52,741 bases of DNA, from the NCBI RefSeq assembly GCF_001194135.2, contig NC_068985.1, positions 13,378,175-13,430,915 of the forward strand. Reading direction: 5' to 3'. Positions 38,430-51,442 of this stretch are shown piece by piece. A program made the position numbers and the translations under genes. How positions within the stretch are numbered: position 1 is the stretch's first letter; each line of letters begins with the position of its first letter. The stretch is from Octopus bimaculoides (lineage: Eukaryota). The notes beneath the pieces were generated by a model. The model did not search any database and was not told where the DNA came from. It saw nothing but the letters and a program-made list of their open reading frames with translations.

Positions 38430-40130
38430 TTCAGGCAGTGTTTGGCGGGTGCCTTTCTGTGGATTGTTGGTTGGTTGTTCTGGTGGTTGTGGTATTATTT
38501 TTTGTTCAGTTTTGGCTGATATTTTCATATAAAATATTCTTCCTTAGGAAGGGAATATTTTGAATATTTTGAATTTTCGTTTCCCACATTTTTCAAAATG
38601 TTCGGAATAGGATTTATTTCTAACGTAGGGGCTATGGATCTGTTGTTTGTGTACCCTTACTCTCTCATATAGTCCGATGCCTGTTTCTCCAATGTAGTAT
38701 TCGTTGCATTCGGGGCATGTGGCACAGTAGATTAATTTCCTAGATTTGCAATTCATATTTGCATATATTTTAAGTGTCATTGTTTTTGAAAGTGATTTGT
38801 ACTCCCTCTTCAATGTAGTCGCACGTTCCACAACGAGGATCACCACATTTTAAAACTCTCTTAGTTGTTTCTGTGCTTGTAATTTTTTCTTGCTTTAAGA
38901 GTTTTCTTTTGTTGAATGCTTGCCGTCTGCTATAAATTATGTTTGACTCTGTTATTAATTGGTTCATTCTTGATGAATATTGAAGAATTGAGAGGTATCT
39001 TCCTGCAGTGTTGATGATGTCATGATTTCTTGGGTTGTTGGGGATGACAAAAGGAATGCTTATGATTTCATTTTAATTTCTATTTTTGTGCGTTTGTGTT
39101 TCCTCTGAGGGTTGTGGTTGGAATGTTTTTTGCGTTGGTGAATGCTGTGTCAGTTAAACAAGTGGGATATTTTTGTTCCTTTAGAAATATTTTTAATTCC
39201 TGTAATCTTGTGTCTCTTAATTCTGCATTTATTACTATCGTGAAAATTCTTTTTGCTGTTTCTTTTGTATGTGAAGTAAGGGAGGAATGAAAGTTCAAAT
39301 ATTGGTGTGTGTCTGTAGGTTTGTAGAAGAGATCTGTTTTTATAGTGCTATTTCCTTTAATTAAAGGTATGTCCAAAAATAGTAATTCCTTTATGTTTTG
39401 TTCAATGATGAATTTTATTGAAGTATGTAAGTTTTTTAAAAGTGAGAGATTCTGAAGACTTCTTGGTTTTTGGCCCAGAATATAAAGCAATCGTCTAAAT
39501 ATCGTTTCCAATTATTTTTTTTATATAAATGGAGAATTGTTCGTTAACTGTTTCCGCTAGTTGGAAATAAAGCTTGACCTCTAAGAAGCCCATAACGAGT
39601 GTTGCATGTGTGGGGGTTGCTTTTGTCGCCATGCCCCTTTTATTTGAAAATAGTAGTTGTTATCGAGGAAGGGATTATTTTCCAGTATTAATTTTAATCC
39701 TTCGAAAATGAAGGTTTTTGAGAATCTTTCCATGATATGGTTCGGATGTTTTGTCAACCAGAAATTAGAAATTTATAGTTTCAGTTCCTAGGTCGTGTGG
39801 GATATTGGTGCATAGACTAGTTACATCCAAACTAACTATAATTTTTTTCCTGGTGGACATTTTTAGGTATAGAGTTTAAAATATCGATATCGTCTTGGAC
39901 AAAGTTTGGTATAGTTTTACGTAAAGATTTTAGAACTTTAGCTATCAAGTTGCTTAAACGTTGTGTACTGGATGTTGGTCTTGCAATGACTGGACGAAGT
40001 TTCAAGTCTCTGAGTTTCGGAATTTCGACATATGTTGAATTGTTTCATTTTATGTTGTCTTGGATTTCTTTTGATTTGTGGATTTTGGGTAATCCATAGA
40101 ACTCACTGGTTTTGACTTCGAAGTTGGTTA
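38430..40130 (-). mobile_element. Penelope-like element (Neptune-like): RT + Cys linker + GIY-YIG, frameshifted
   Basis: FYGLPKIHK...LRPVIA...SLDVTSLCTNIPH, then ATLVMGFLE, FLDI...FYKPTDTHQYL, KCGDPRCGTC linker, and LIYCATCPECNEYYIGETG...RVRVH. Confidence 0.9.
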
Positions 40131-40192
40131 TACACATGTATATGCGTCTATATATGTATATGTATGTATGTAAATATGTGTGTGTATGTGTG

Positions 40193-40229
<37 letters not shown>

Positions 40230-40252
40230 GGGGGAGAAAGAAAGAGAGAGAG

Positions 40253-40319
<67 letters not shown>

Positions 40320-40744
40320 TAGATAGATAGATGTGTGTATGTATATGTATATGTATATATGTTTATGTGGGTGTATATATGTATGTGTGCACATGTACAT
40401 AGGTACACATGGAGACATGTGTATGTATGTGAATGTGTGCGTGAGTGTAAATTAACGAAAGAGCGAATGGATGAACCAAAGTGCATGTCTTCACGGCAAG
40501 TATTACCAATATTTTCTTGATGAAATAATAGATTATCACAGTGTCATGGAGAAGCATATATTAGTAAATAAGGTATGATTTGCAACACTTCTGTTTTCAA
40601 TTAGGATGTATGTGACTCGAAATTCAATTAATTGTATAAGTGTGGTCTTTGAGCATTACGTTAAAATGATTAATGAGACCTGCTTTGAACATAGTCAATT
40701 TATATTTAATGGAAATCATAAGATTTCATGTACTAACACCATAT

Positions 40745-40958
40745 AGTAGTTCTTCCTACTATAGGCACAAGGCCTGAAATTTTGTAAGAGTGGGTTCGTC
40801 GATTTCATCGACCCCAGTGCATAACTGGTACTTATTTTATCGGCCCAAAAAAGATAAAATGCTAAGCTGACCTCACCGGAGATTGATCTTAAAAGGAAAA
40901 ACTGGAAGAAATACCGCAAAATATTTTGTCTGGCGTGCTAATGATTCTGCCAGCTCGC
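40745..40958 (-). mobile_element. SINE family B, diverged
   Basis: GGCACAAGGCCTGAAAT tail through GATTCTGCCAGCTCGCC head on the plus strand. Confidence 0.8.
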
Positions 40959-41349
40959 CTTCTTCTGGTGGCTTTGAGTATTGGTTTCAAATTTTGACAC
41001 AAAGCCAGCTATTTCTGGAGAAAAGAGATAGTCCAGTAGATCGACTCCAGTGCTCAACTGGTCTTAAATTGTAGGGAATCGCTTGTATTAAAATGTTAAA
41101 CTCCATTAATGTCGTTCGACCCCAACCAACTCATATGCATGTACTTCGAATGTGACTTATCTAGTTAGCCATTAACACTGACACGTCCACACGACTAAGT
41201 AATAAACAGCAAAACTACGGGAAATCTAGTATTGCATTGAAATGCTGCCCATCACTTGATTACTTTGGCTAAGATGATTAAAATGAATGTCGCTAAACTA
41301 CCTATTCCGGGATTTGAACTTGAATTCATAGATATATTATTTATTGATA

Positions 41350-41565
41350 TTTTTTTTCTACTGTAGGTACAAGGCCCAGACTTTTGTGGGGAGAGGCCAG
41401 TCGATTAGATCGACCCCAGTGCGCAGCTGGTACTTAATTTATTGACTCTGAAAGGATGAAATGCAAAGTCGACCGAGGCGGAATTTGAACTCAGAACGTA
41501 AGGGCAGACGAAATGCCACTAAGCATTTCGCCCAGCGTGATAACATTTCTGCTAGCTCGCCGCCT
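41350..41565 (-). mobile_element. SINE family B with 17-bp TSD
   Basis: TATATTATTTATTGATA (41333-41349) and TATATTATTCATTGATA (41566-41582) flank the element. Confidence 0.9.
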
Positions 41566-41596
41566 TATATTATTCATTGATAATAAATTATTCGTT

Positions 41597-41812
41597 AGGG
41601 TGGCTACGAGCCAGAATCGTCAGCGCAACGAATAATATGCTAAGCAGCATTTTGTCCGTCTTTACATTCGAAGTTCAAATTCCGGTGAAGTTGACTTTGC
41701 CCTTCATCCTTTCGAGGTCGATAAAATAAGTGCCATTTGAGCACTGGAGTCGATGTAATCGTCTCGTCTCCACCCTGCAAATACTGACCTTGTGCCAAAA
41801 TTCAAAACCAGC
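41597..41812 (+). mobile_element. SINE family B, diverged
   Basis: GTTCAAATTCC B-box and CCTTCATCCTTTCGAGGTCGATAAAATAAGT core. Confidence 0.8.
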
Positions 41813-42314
41813 AATAAGTTATTCATTCTTGATAAATAACTTATTCATCAGCATAAGTTATTCATCCTGACATTTCAGACAGTGGGTTCTTTCAGTAAAG
41901 ATTATATGTGAAAGAATCTATTCACCCATTCGTTTATCAAATATCTGGCTGCTGGCAGTAACATGACCACTAAGAGTATGTCACTTGTCATTTCGAACAT
42001 TTTACCACCAGCTCGTGATGGTGCTCTTACCAACAGTGATGCAGAGAATTTCTGGTTATGATTTTGCAACTATCAGCCTCGCTTACAACCTTCGACGTTA
42101 CAGAAGTCGTTACTGCAGCCAGTAACCAAATACAACTTAATTCGAGTTATACTACCCACGTATCATTTCTTTCTTTGTAGGAACTAAGAATCTTCTTCAA
42201 GTTGCAACAATATACTAGTAAACATACTGATAATAGTGTGTGTAAACACACTATAATAGTAAACGCAGTGAAAATATAATAGTAACTGCAAAATTTAGCA
42301 TTCTAAACTATCGT

Positions 42315-42531
42315 AACTCTTTTACTTGTTTCAGTCTTTTGTCTGTGGCCATGCTGGAGCACCGCCTTTTAGTCGAGCAAATCTACCCCCAGGACTTATT
42401 CTTTAGAAGCCTAGTACTTATTCTATCGATCTCTTTGCTGAACCGCTAAGTTACGGGGACATAAACACACCAGCATCGGTTGTCAAGCGATGTTGGGGGG
42501 GGGACAAACACACACACACACACACAAACAT

Positions 42532-42576
<45 letters not shown>

Positions 42577-42727
42577 TACGACGGGCTTCTTTTCAGTTTC
42601 CGTCTACCAAATCCACTCGCAAGGCTTTGGTCGGCCCGAGGCTATAGTAGAAGACACTTGCCCAAGATGCCACGCAGTGGGACTGAACCCGGGACCATGT
42701 GGTTGGTAAGCTAGCTACTTACCACAC
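42315..42727 (-). mobile_element. SINE family A, near full length
   Basis: Same architecture as 26246-26694; the extreme head is eroded. Confidence 0.9.
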
Positions 42728-43307
42728 ACACCATCAAATCACCATCTTACAGTTTCAGGCAATTGAAGCTTAAGGAACTGTTTACAAGCTATAAGTCACA
42801 GTAGTTTGCAGTTATACACTCTTCTATACTGACAGAATCTTTATCAACGGAACTCTTAATTCAGGTTAGCTAAACAAATGCTCATAGCAGAAAACTCATT
42901 TCTATCATTTCCTCTAAAAGTTTATTTATTCGTTCTCCTTTTCCGTGCGGCTAAAAGGGATTGTAATTCGCTAACACCCTGTAGAGCATGTGTTCAACGC
43001 ATACATTACTTAATGAACATTGATGCACGAAGATTTGTACAGCCATTTTTACGAACATATCCATGCGTTTTGCTCTTATCAAAAGCTGACAATCTGAAAC
43101 ATAGTTTCACTCTATATATTGATCGATCTCTAGTCGAAATCTTTACACACACACATACACACACACACACACAACACACACACACACACCCACACCCACA
43201 CACACACACACACACACTTATAGTGCTCTTTCTTATACTTTTATGTATTACTTAGGGCTAGTTTGCATTACTTTCACGTTCTGCGTTGTATTACTAAGAA
43301 TATTCAA

Positions 43308-43515
43308 AGCGGCGAGCTGGCACGCCGGACAACATGCTTAGCAGTTTTTTGCTCCGTCTATAGGTTCTGAGTTCAATTTCCGGCGAGATCAACTTTGTCT
43401 TATATCCTTTCGGGGGTCGATAAAATAAATACCAGTTGAATGCTGAGATCGATATAATTGATTATCTTCCTCCTCAAATTTCCAGGCCTTGTGTTTATTG
43501 TAGAAAGAGTTATTA
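43308..43515 (+). mobile_element. SINE family B, internally deleted
   Basis: GCGGCGAGCTGGCA head; TCCTTTCGGGGGTCGATAAAATAAATACCAG core. Confidence 0.8.
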
Positions 43516-44451
43516 TGAATAATTTATTAACATTTAGTTGTGTAGGTTCATATTTCTTTAACTGTAATAAAAACGGGTAAAATAAAAATAAAATAAATAT
43601 CTCATGGAAATACAATCCCTGCACTTTTTTTCTTTTTCTCTGAACAACCGCAACAGAGTGAAATAAAACAAAGCATTGCAACTGCTGCTTCTGGACTGCA
43701 GCATCATGTTACAAACAAAGCAGCGATGGAGCTGTCAATCCATAATCCATATCCTGCAGGAATGAAATTTAAATTCTAGTTATAAACGATATACTAAACA
43801 CTATAAGGGACCAGGATTGTTTTGTTCCTTTCTCTGCATCTGTACAAAGTTGTCTCAATAGAAACCAGTTAAATGTCATGAAGCAAAACCAATGTACGCC
43901 TTTCGTTCTTATTGCCAAACATCATTGATTTGTTTGACGACCAGAGGCGTAGGAATAAATAATTATCGAGCAACAATTTTGCTGTGAATACGTTATGGAG
44001 GATACTTAAAATGGAAAATAGTAAAACGAAAGGGGAAAAAATGAAATAGAGGGTAACAAATGGACATTTAGAAATGTCGAAGAAAGGAAAGAGAACGAAA
44101 ACGCAGTTTCGAATAACAGATTTTTGGATACGTAAAAAAAATGGAAAAAAAAAATGAAGCGAAAATATTATAAATTATTAACTTCTCGCCGCGAAGTCAT
44201 AAGAAAACGATAGTGTTATATATAGTTATGAAAAACTATATAAAATGCAATAAATGCGGTAAAATAAATGAAAGCTATACACGAAGATCATTGCAATATA
44301 TGGTTTCATGTCACCTTGAAATAATTCGGGGCTGACATTAAGAAAAAAATATTCACTTAACACCAGTTGTCATATTTTACGGAAGACATCAGTCTAGTTT
44401 TGGGAAACAGGTTTTAATTTTTGTTGTTGGTTACTGTTGTTATTATTATTG

Positions 44452-44495
<44 letters not shown>

Positions 44496-44948
44496 TCCGC
44501 TTAGATTTCATAAATGAGGTGGTTGCTCTACGCAAGAAATAATTCTTTTCAGTCTTTAAAAGGTTTCTGGATGTGTTTAACATGAAACTATCGATTTATA
44601 AGAAAAAAAATCTAGTTGATTGCGTCAATCTTCCAATTCGTTACTCGCGTGGAATAAAGTTCAACATCTACAAGTGCCGGACTTGAACTCGTAACGTAAA
44701 CAAGTTGATAATTAATACTGATATTAAGATAGATACAAGGTCCCGATTAAATCAGCTCCAGTACTTATTATTGGTTTCAAATTTTGACAGAAACCAAGTC
44801 GATTACATGTTCCCCAGTGATCAACTGTTATTTATTTCATGGACTCGAAAAAGGTAAAAGGCAAAGTCGTCCTTGGTAGGATTTGATCTCATATTGTACA
44901 GATGGATGTAATAACGTTAAGCATTTTGCCCAGCTTGCTAACGATTCT

Positions 44949-45177
44949 TATTTCTTTATTGCCCACAAGGGGCTAAACATAGAGGGGACAAACAAGAAGA
45001 GACAAAGGTATTAAGTCGATTACATCGACCTCCGTGCATAACTAGTACTTAATTTATCGACCCCGAAAGGATGAAAGGCAAAGTCGACCTCGGCGGAATT
45101 TGAACTCAGAAAGTAACAGCAGACGAAATACTGCTAAGCATTTCGCCCGGCGTGCTAACGATTCTGCCAGCTTGCCT
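44949..45177 (-). mobile_element. SINE family B (alternative GCCCACAAGGGGCTAAAC tail), adjacent to an older family B copy at ~44770-44948
   Basis: Near-consensus core ATCGACCCCGAAAGGATGAAAGGCAAAGTCGACCTCGGCGG. The GCTAACGATTCT head motif occurs at both ~44937 and ~45153. Confidence 0.88.
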
Positions 45178-46393
45178 CACCCTACACCTGTACTTGATAT
45201 TAATCATTTCACTGATCCCAGAAGCCTGAACGACAAACCAGCCTTAGTTTGTTTGTTTGTTTGTTTGTTTGTTTTTTGTTTTTGTTTTTGTTTTTGTTTT
45301 TGTTTTTTTACACAGAGCATGAATAGAAGACAACTAAATACTGCAAGGAATTTACTTTAGCACTCTGCTATTTCTAACAAGGAAGAGGTTACTTGAACAT
45401 AATTAAACAATTGAAAGTTTGAGTTTTATATATATGAACATTGGTAGGGAGTTGTGTGACGCGACCGTAATACGAGCTGTGCATCACATGAAGTCAGTTC
45501 ATTTAAGCCTCTAACTCTAAGTAGATTCCATGAATATATACACAGCTTATGTTCTGAAAGACGTATGCTGCAACACATGTTATTCTGGCTTGAAGGTCAC
45601 CACCCTACAGATACCCGGTTCTTTCTTTAGTTTCTTTAGACGTTTCGCCTGTACCCGCAAAGATATATACTTTACTACACAAAATACCACATCGATGGTT
45701 TGTAGTCTATTGGAAAGACTGACCAGTGGTTGGTTTGTTGTTTTTGTGAATGTTTTTTGTCCGTCGGACACAATAACACCAAAGCGCTGCGACTTGTAAC
45801 ACTTGACTGCTATTTATTTCACCTTATCTATGTTTCTCACCGTCTGCGGCATTTTTCTGCAGCTCGCTTGATTTATGATTAATTTCTGAATTCATTCCTG
45901 TGTTAATTCGGCCACTCTATATAAGATTAGTAATCACGTTACCTTTTAATAACACTACTTTTCCTATAAAGCCTTAAACAATAAACACCATTACTCATCG
46001 ATATGCATTTCACATACCGTCTCTACAAACAATACATTAACATTTTTCAAGCACCCTCCCCTACACACACTCTCTCTAACACATACACTATCCTTTACAT
46101 CCTTTCCTCTATACACCCACATATATTTCTAAATCGCTTTCAGATTTCTTAGCACATGTTCTTAAACACATGTCAGTTCATCTCTCTTAATTCTACCCCA
46201 CTATCACACTTATGTTTGTGAAATATCATTCTCCGACTTTCGTCCAACCAAATACGATCCTTTATTTTCTGTGTTCCATTCGTTACAAAGACCATTGATT
46301 CTTCCTGTAACAGTCTTTTCCCATTTATCCCGTCTTTTCTGTTGTCGACAAAGAACAACTACCCGAAGCATTAAACATTCCTTCCTCACAGAG

Positions 46394-46432
<39 letters not shown>

Positions 46433-46599
46433 GGCGGAAGTTAACCAATCGCCTAATGTACATATCCTCACAGACAAAACAAAGAACATTTGTGAGACAA
46501 GCATCCACGCACACGCAAGACTCCTCACAAACACGATCACGAAGATATATACAAGAAAACTAGTACCTCCATATACAATGACATAAACACAGAAGCGAA

Positions 46600-47925
46600 G
46601 GAGCTATCCCTAGTCCTTAATATAGAGGATCGTTCGGACCACCTCACCACCCGATCCTTCTCCCACCTACACATTACACTTAAGGATTACAAACCTAATT
46701 TCTTCTCCAACCCCAAATGCAGTGAGATAGGTATTGTCAGTAAGCACATTTTGATACCATCAACTGTGATATTAGAATGGCCACAGAGTTGACTCAATGG
46801 CATTGCAGCGTAGCTGTAATCGACTAATTCTGGGTAAGGAGGAGAAATCAGCCTATAGATTCACACAGTTTGACATCGTAGACTTTTGCTCTTTTATATC
46901 GAAACCTCTTCTGAATGCCCTTGATTTTGCTAAGCAATTCACTAGAATAAGCGATCTCGATGTCAGAATCATCATAAACGCCAGAAAGTCGGTCTTGGTT
47001 CGCAACGATTCCCCCTGGTCATAAATAACCTTGTATACCTTCAAGAGACTCACGCACCCAAATAGGTCTGCCATTTACAGAAACACCAGCTTGACAATTT
47101 CAAGCCATATAAACGGTCACACAATGGACAAGTTTAGGAAGGGCCTGATAAAAATATTCAAAGAATTAGGCTTCTCCATAACAGTTACCACCAACGTGAC
47201 CAGAGTCGACTTCCTAGATGTGACTCTAAACCTGAAAATGGGCAAGTACTACCCTTATAAGAAGCCCAACGAAGAAATTGTTTACATATACAGAAACTCG
47301 AATCATCTCCCTCCCCTGATATAATAAAAAATCTAGTCTCAGGTGTTAGCAGAAAAATATTTATGCCTTTGGCCGACAGGGTTATCTTCAACAGGACTTC
47401 CCCACTACTATGATGCACTAGCAAAGAATGGATTGCCTAGAAGTAAGCATATATGGATGTCACCCAACTCTCAGTTCCCGATGAGGACCAGAAAGTGAAA
47501 AATTATCTAGTTCAACCCGTCATTTTACTTAGGGGTTTCCACTAACGCAGCTAGGAGCTTCCTGTCGTTTATTAAGAAGCACTTGCCTAGGGGGCTACAA
47601 GAATTGTTCGCTCTTCAACCCGCATAACGTCACAGTGAGCTAGTTTTGTTTAGATAACATTGCTCTTAACATTGCATGCTACAACAAACACAAACATGCA
47701 TCTGCGCAACTTCCAAGCCAACCTGTACCTTTCAAAACCATACCAGCTGCTCTCTAGGCGTATCCTGTCTCTCAAGAGTTGTAGTCTATAGAGCCGTCCT
47801 CAGATCGTCCGAGGGCATCACAATGCACTACACGGGAATAACAGCAAATGGGTTTACGTGAAGGTACACAAAACATATGCATTCGCTTAGATGCAAGGTT
47901 TCAGAGAATTTCTTGGTTTCATTTG
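46600..47925 (+). mobile_element. Penelope-like element (ITLKD-type RT), multiply deleted, dead
   Basis: ITLKDYKPNF..NPKC, SEIGIVSKHIL, FTQFDIVDF, NARKS, YRNT (YRDD catalytic motif lost), VDFLDVTLNL..GKYYPYKKPN, and GIY-YIG VVYRA...HYTG. Confidence 0.9.
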
Positions 47926-49140
47926 GAACCTTGTGCCTAGAACAGAAAAGAATGTTATTTATATTGTTATAATTTTTAGTTGACTAAAACTCCCCCCCTC
48001 TCACTCTCTATCTCTATCTCTCTCTCTCTTCATTTAGTAAGAATTGTAAGTATTATTCTCTTTGCAATCCACAGATTTGCCCTGGAACTTATTGTTGTTG
48101 AATATAACAGCATCTAATGAAAGCTTTACATCTCCCGGAAAATGAAACTTTTGCAATAATTAGTTCAGTCGAAGCATCAACTTTTTTCTACCTTAAACTA
48201 TCCTCCAGATCCTGATTTACTAATCTCTCTTAATTTTTATCCTATATGTATCTTATGCAGAGTTATAAATCTCCATGTGGTATTAAATTTGTTTTAGACG
48301 TTAATTATCTGTTAAAGAATGAATAACTGTGCCGAGTATTTCATTGAACACACTTTATTTGTAGGTCACCAATGGAAATATATTGTATTATTCTACTTTA
48401 AGATATGCATCGAATTGTGCTGTATATTCTTTCCCTGATTCTGTTCTATGTCTATGAATGATAATCACTTAAGTAATTTACATCTCGACTAATTAACAAA
48501 ATTGCACTAGACAGTTCTATAGAGGCTTTCTTTATCGTTCTGATGACAGCATCTGTTCTCCCAAAACTACACTAAACATTCATTACATCTAAAAACTCTC
48601 TAATCGTTCTATATGAAATGCATACGATTCTGCTTCATATCACATGGCAGGATCAGAAGGCATTTCTGAAAGTTCATACAGACCTGCCCGAATCCCTAAC
48701 ATTTTGTTTCTGATGTTTGACAGATTTTAATCTCCATTCCCATTAGCACAAAGCATTACTAAATGCATTATCAACGACAACTAATTTCACGCATTCACAT
48801 CCATTTTCTATATAAAATGTTGATTTTCTTTTTATGATCTGCATCTGATTCATATATTTTCTCTCTTTTTGTACTTGAACCATTATCAGAGACCTGACCT
48901 TTGAAATTATGTAAGTATTACTTCTCTCCCAGAAAATCAAGGATATTTTATACAATCATTTCGCTGAAGTGTCTATAACGAGGTTATTCCCGATTAAAAG
49001 TTCCTGTATTAAAATATTTTCATCTTAGACAAGTATTTTCGATCAAAGCTACTACACATGACATATATCTGGAGTACAGTCTGAGATAACACTGAAATAT
49101 ACGATATATTTAGCGGAGTTTCATATATTCTCTTTAACAG

Positions 49141-49284
49141 ACGCAGGCATGGCTGCGGCGGAAAAAGTTTGGTTTCCGAGACCAGTTCTACTGCGCAGCA
49201 CGTTCGGTACATGTCTTCTGTTATAGCTCCAGGCCGACCTAAGCATGTGAGTGTACTTGGAAGACGGAACCTAAAAGAAGTCTG

Positions 49285-49288
<4 letters not shown>
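49141..49288 (+). mobile_element. SINE family A 5' half, decayed
   Basis: ACGCAGGCATGGCTG...GGCCGACCTAAGC...GACGGAACCTAAAAGAAG followed by (TA)n. Confidence 0.7.
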
Positions 49289-49334
<46 letters not shown>

Positions 49335-49338
<4 letters not shown>

Positions 49339-49490
49339 GGAATTTGCAGAAAAACGAAAGACGAAGACAGGTGTATAAACTACAAGCAGGTGTATTAGTT
49401 TAACGCTCGGGAAGGTGAGAAAGTCTCTTACGTTTCGAGCCTAAACTCTTCAACAGAAAGGAACACGAGAAAATAAACAGAGAGAATAAA
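49335..49490 (-). mobile_element. (TA)n-anchored short element with minimal hammerhead-like ribozyme (copy 3)
   Basis: Minus strand 49460-49425: CUUU-CUGUUGA-A-GAG-UUUAGG-CUC-GAAAC-GUA-AGAG. Stem I is 4 bp including one G-U; GUA triplet. Confidence 0.68.
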
Positions 49491-49687
49491 AAAAGCTTTA
49501 GTGCCTAGCGGTAAATCATGATGGCTGGCTGGCTGAACAGAGGTAGATAGGAGACCTAGGACGAAGGGGAGATAATAAAATATTGGTGATCCCAAAACGA
49601 AGGTGCGCGTGTGTATGTGAGAGTGAGTAAGTGTGTGCGAACTATGCGCATTATGAGGTTATTAAACAGATAATATTGAATGTGTAA

Positions 49688-49906
49688 GGCGGCGGGCTGG
49701 CAGAGACGTTAGCACGCCGGGCGAAGTGCTTACCAATATTTTGTTTGTTTTTACGTTCTGAGTTCAAATTCCCCCCGAGGTCGACTTTGCCTTTCACCCT
49801 TTCGGGGTCGATAAATTAAGTACCAATGGTTTTACTGGGGTCGATCTACTCGACTTAACCCCTTCCCGTAAATTTCGGGCCTTGTGCCTAAAGTAGACAA
49901 GAAAAG
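49688..49906 (+). mobile_element. SINE family B (first of a tandem pair)
   Basis: GGCGGCGGGCTGGCAGAG head through CCTTGTGCCTAAAGTAGA tail. Confidence 0.9.
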
Positions 49907-49919
49907 TGAATGCGTGTAA

Positions 49920-50132
49920 AGCGGCGAGCTGGCAGAAGCGTTAGCACGCCGGGCGAAATGCTTACCGGTACTTCGTCTGACGCTACGTTCTGAGTTCAAA
50001 TTCTACTGAGCTCGACTTTACCTTCTATCATTGTAGGGTCGATAAATTAAGTACCAGTTGCGTACTGGGGTTTGATCTAATCGACTGGCTCCCTCCGCAA
50101 AAATTTCGGTCCTTGTGCCTAGAGTAGAAAAG
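49920..50132 (+). mobile_element. SINE family B (second of a tandem pair)
   Basis: AGCGGCGAGCTGGCAGAAG head through CCTTGTGCCTAGAGTAGAAAAG tail. Confidence 0.9.
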
Positions 50133-50474
50133 AATATTGAATGTGTGTGTATGTTTGCATGTGTGCGTGTGTGTGTCTAAATATGTATTTCGAATGGATG
50201 GATGGCTGTATAACTATAGTATTGCCGAAACTCTGATATTTTTCTTTTTTATTAATCTCCGTTGCAATCACTTTAAAGAAAAGATATATCTTCGTCGTTA
50301 TTGCAATATCTTTTTTCCTATAATTGCCACAACCCATTTCTTTTAAGTAAATTTTAAAATCCACATATAATATTAATTTCACATTATTCGAAAACCTTTC
50401 ACCGTGCCATTCCCAGCATAATTGTCTTCGTTTTCTCTGTAAGTCCTTCTGTACACTACATGTTTCTACCTCAC

Positions 50475-50553
50475 CGAGAATATGAACAGTAAAATTCTCA
50501 AGCCGTTCTTTTTGCAGCTCCGCTGATGAAAACGTCACTTTTCCATTTCCCAA
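50475..50553 (-). CDS. Candidate 79-nt exon of an unidentified gene (weak)
   Basis: TATATTTATAG| acceptor and CTCG|GTGAGG donor. Only frame 0 is open: LGNGKVTFSSAELQKERLENFTVHIL plus 1 nt. No homology recognised. Confidence 0.28.
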
Positions 50554-50784
50554 CTATAAATATATGGCCGCTATTAGAACGATAGTTTCACAGATAGTAA
50601 CAGAATATATTACTTTGATTTTAATATGTAGCTGAAGTTTATCTTTGATTTAGCTATACTTAAGTGTTATTATATTGTTGCAGTTAACCTGATTAAGTTT
50701 CAATTTTATTGCGGTATCTACTAATCACTTTGCTCAAAAAATATTTTTCGCAAAACCACGAAGTATTCGTTCCCATAATTACTC

Positions 50785-50786
<2 letters not shown>

Positions 50787-50853
<67 letters not shown>

Positions 50854-50915
50854 TTCTTCCTCTCTCTCTCACTTTCTCCCTCTCTCTCTTTCTTTCCCTC
50901 TCTTTCTTTCCATCC

Positions 50916-50941
<26 letters not shown>
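50787..50941. repeat. (CT)n microsatellite
   Basis: Direct reading. Confidence 0.95.
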
Positions 50942-50946
<5 letters not shown>

Positions 50947-51442
50947 TGTGTGTGGGGACGTGGTGTAAAACTAAATTGATAAGATTTATTTTTATTGTAA
51001 ATACACAGTATCCCGTCCAGAATAAACAAAAACATTTCTAGAACTAATGAATTAATAAACGAACTTAATACTAAAATTCTATATATCTCGTTTAGACAAA
51101 ATCACATACGACTAGTTTACTATCCTATAATATCCTTATTGCAGCTATCAGTTTGTCTAAAAAAAAATAAGTAAAAGATATTTATCCACAGGAAACCATT
51201 TTATCTGTCCACCCTATTTTTTTCCGTCTCGGCTTATTAACAATATCAACTGACAATGTTGTACTGTCACGAGCTTAGACAAAAGAATAGAATCCATTAT
51301 ATCACCAGCACTTGTTTATTAGTGTTTATTTTATATAAGTCGGAAAGATAGCAAGTGAAGTGCACCTCGATGAGATTTGAACTCGGAGTATGAAAAATGC
51401 TGCATGGCTTTTAATCCACCGTTCTACCGAGTCAGCCATAAA

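Noticed and set aside
38426-38434. CUGAAGAAG on the minus strand just after the Neptune-like ORF
   Set aside because: Only the 5' half of a hammerhead core; no stem II or GAAA follows, so it cannot be called a ribozyme.
43657-43779. 40-codon open frame on the plus strand (SEIKQSIATAASGLQHHVTNKAAMELSIHNPYPAGMKFKF*) after a pyrimidine tract
   Set aside because: No donor site or recognisable homology, and it conflicts with an equally good minus-strand acceptor; could be chance.
45636-45665. Minus-strand GGCGAAACGTC upstream of the Penelope-like element
   Set aside because: The 3' half of a hammerhead only; the CUGANGA half is absent.
47490-47870. In-frame TGA codons in the Penelope-like ORF as possible selenocysteine (reported for some Naiad elements)
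   Set aside because: The TGAs fall at positions expected to be basic residues (RK*KII, GFT*RY), not Cys, and co-occur with TAG/TAA stops and deletions; ordinary decay is more likely.
50523-50536. CTGATGA-AAAC-GTC, hammerhead core words
   Set aside because: No stem II or G12 between CUGAUGA and AAAC; cannot fold.
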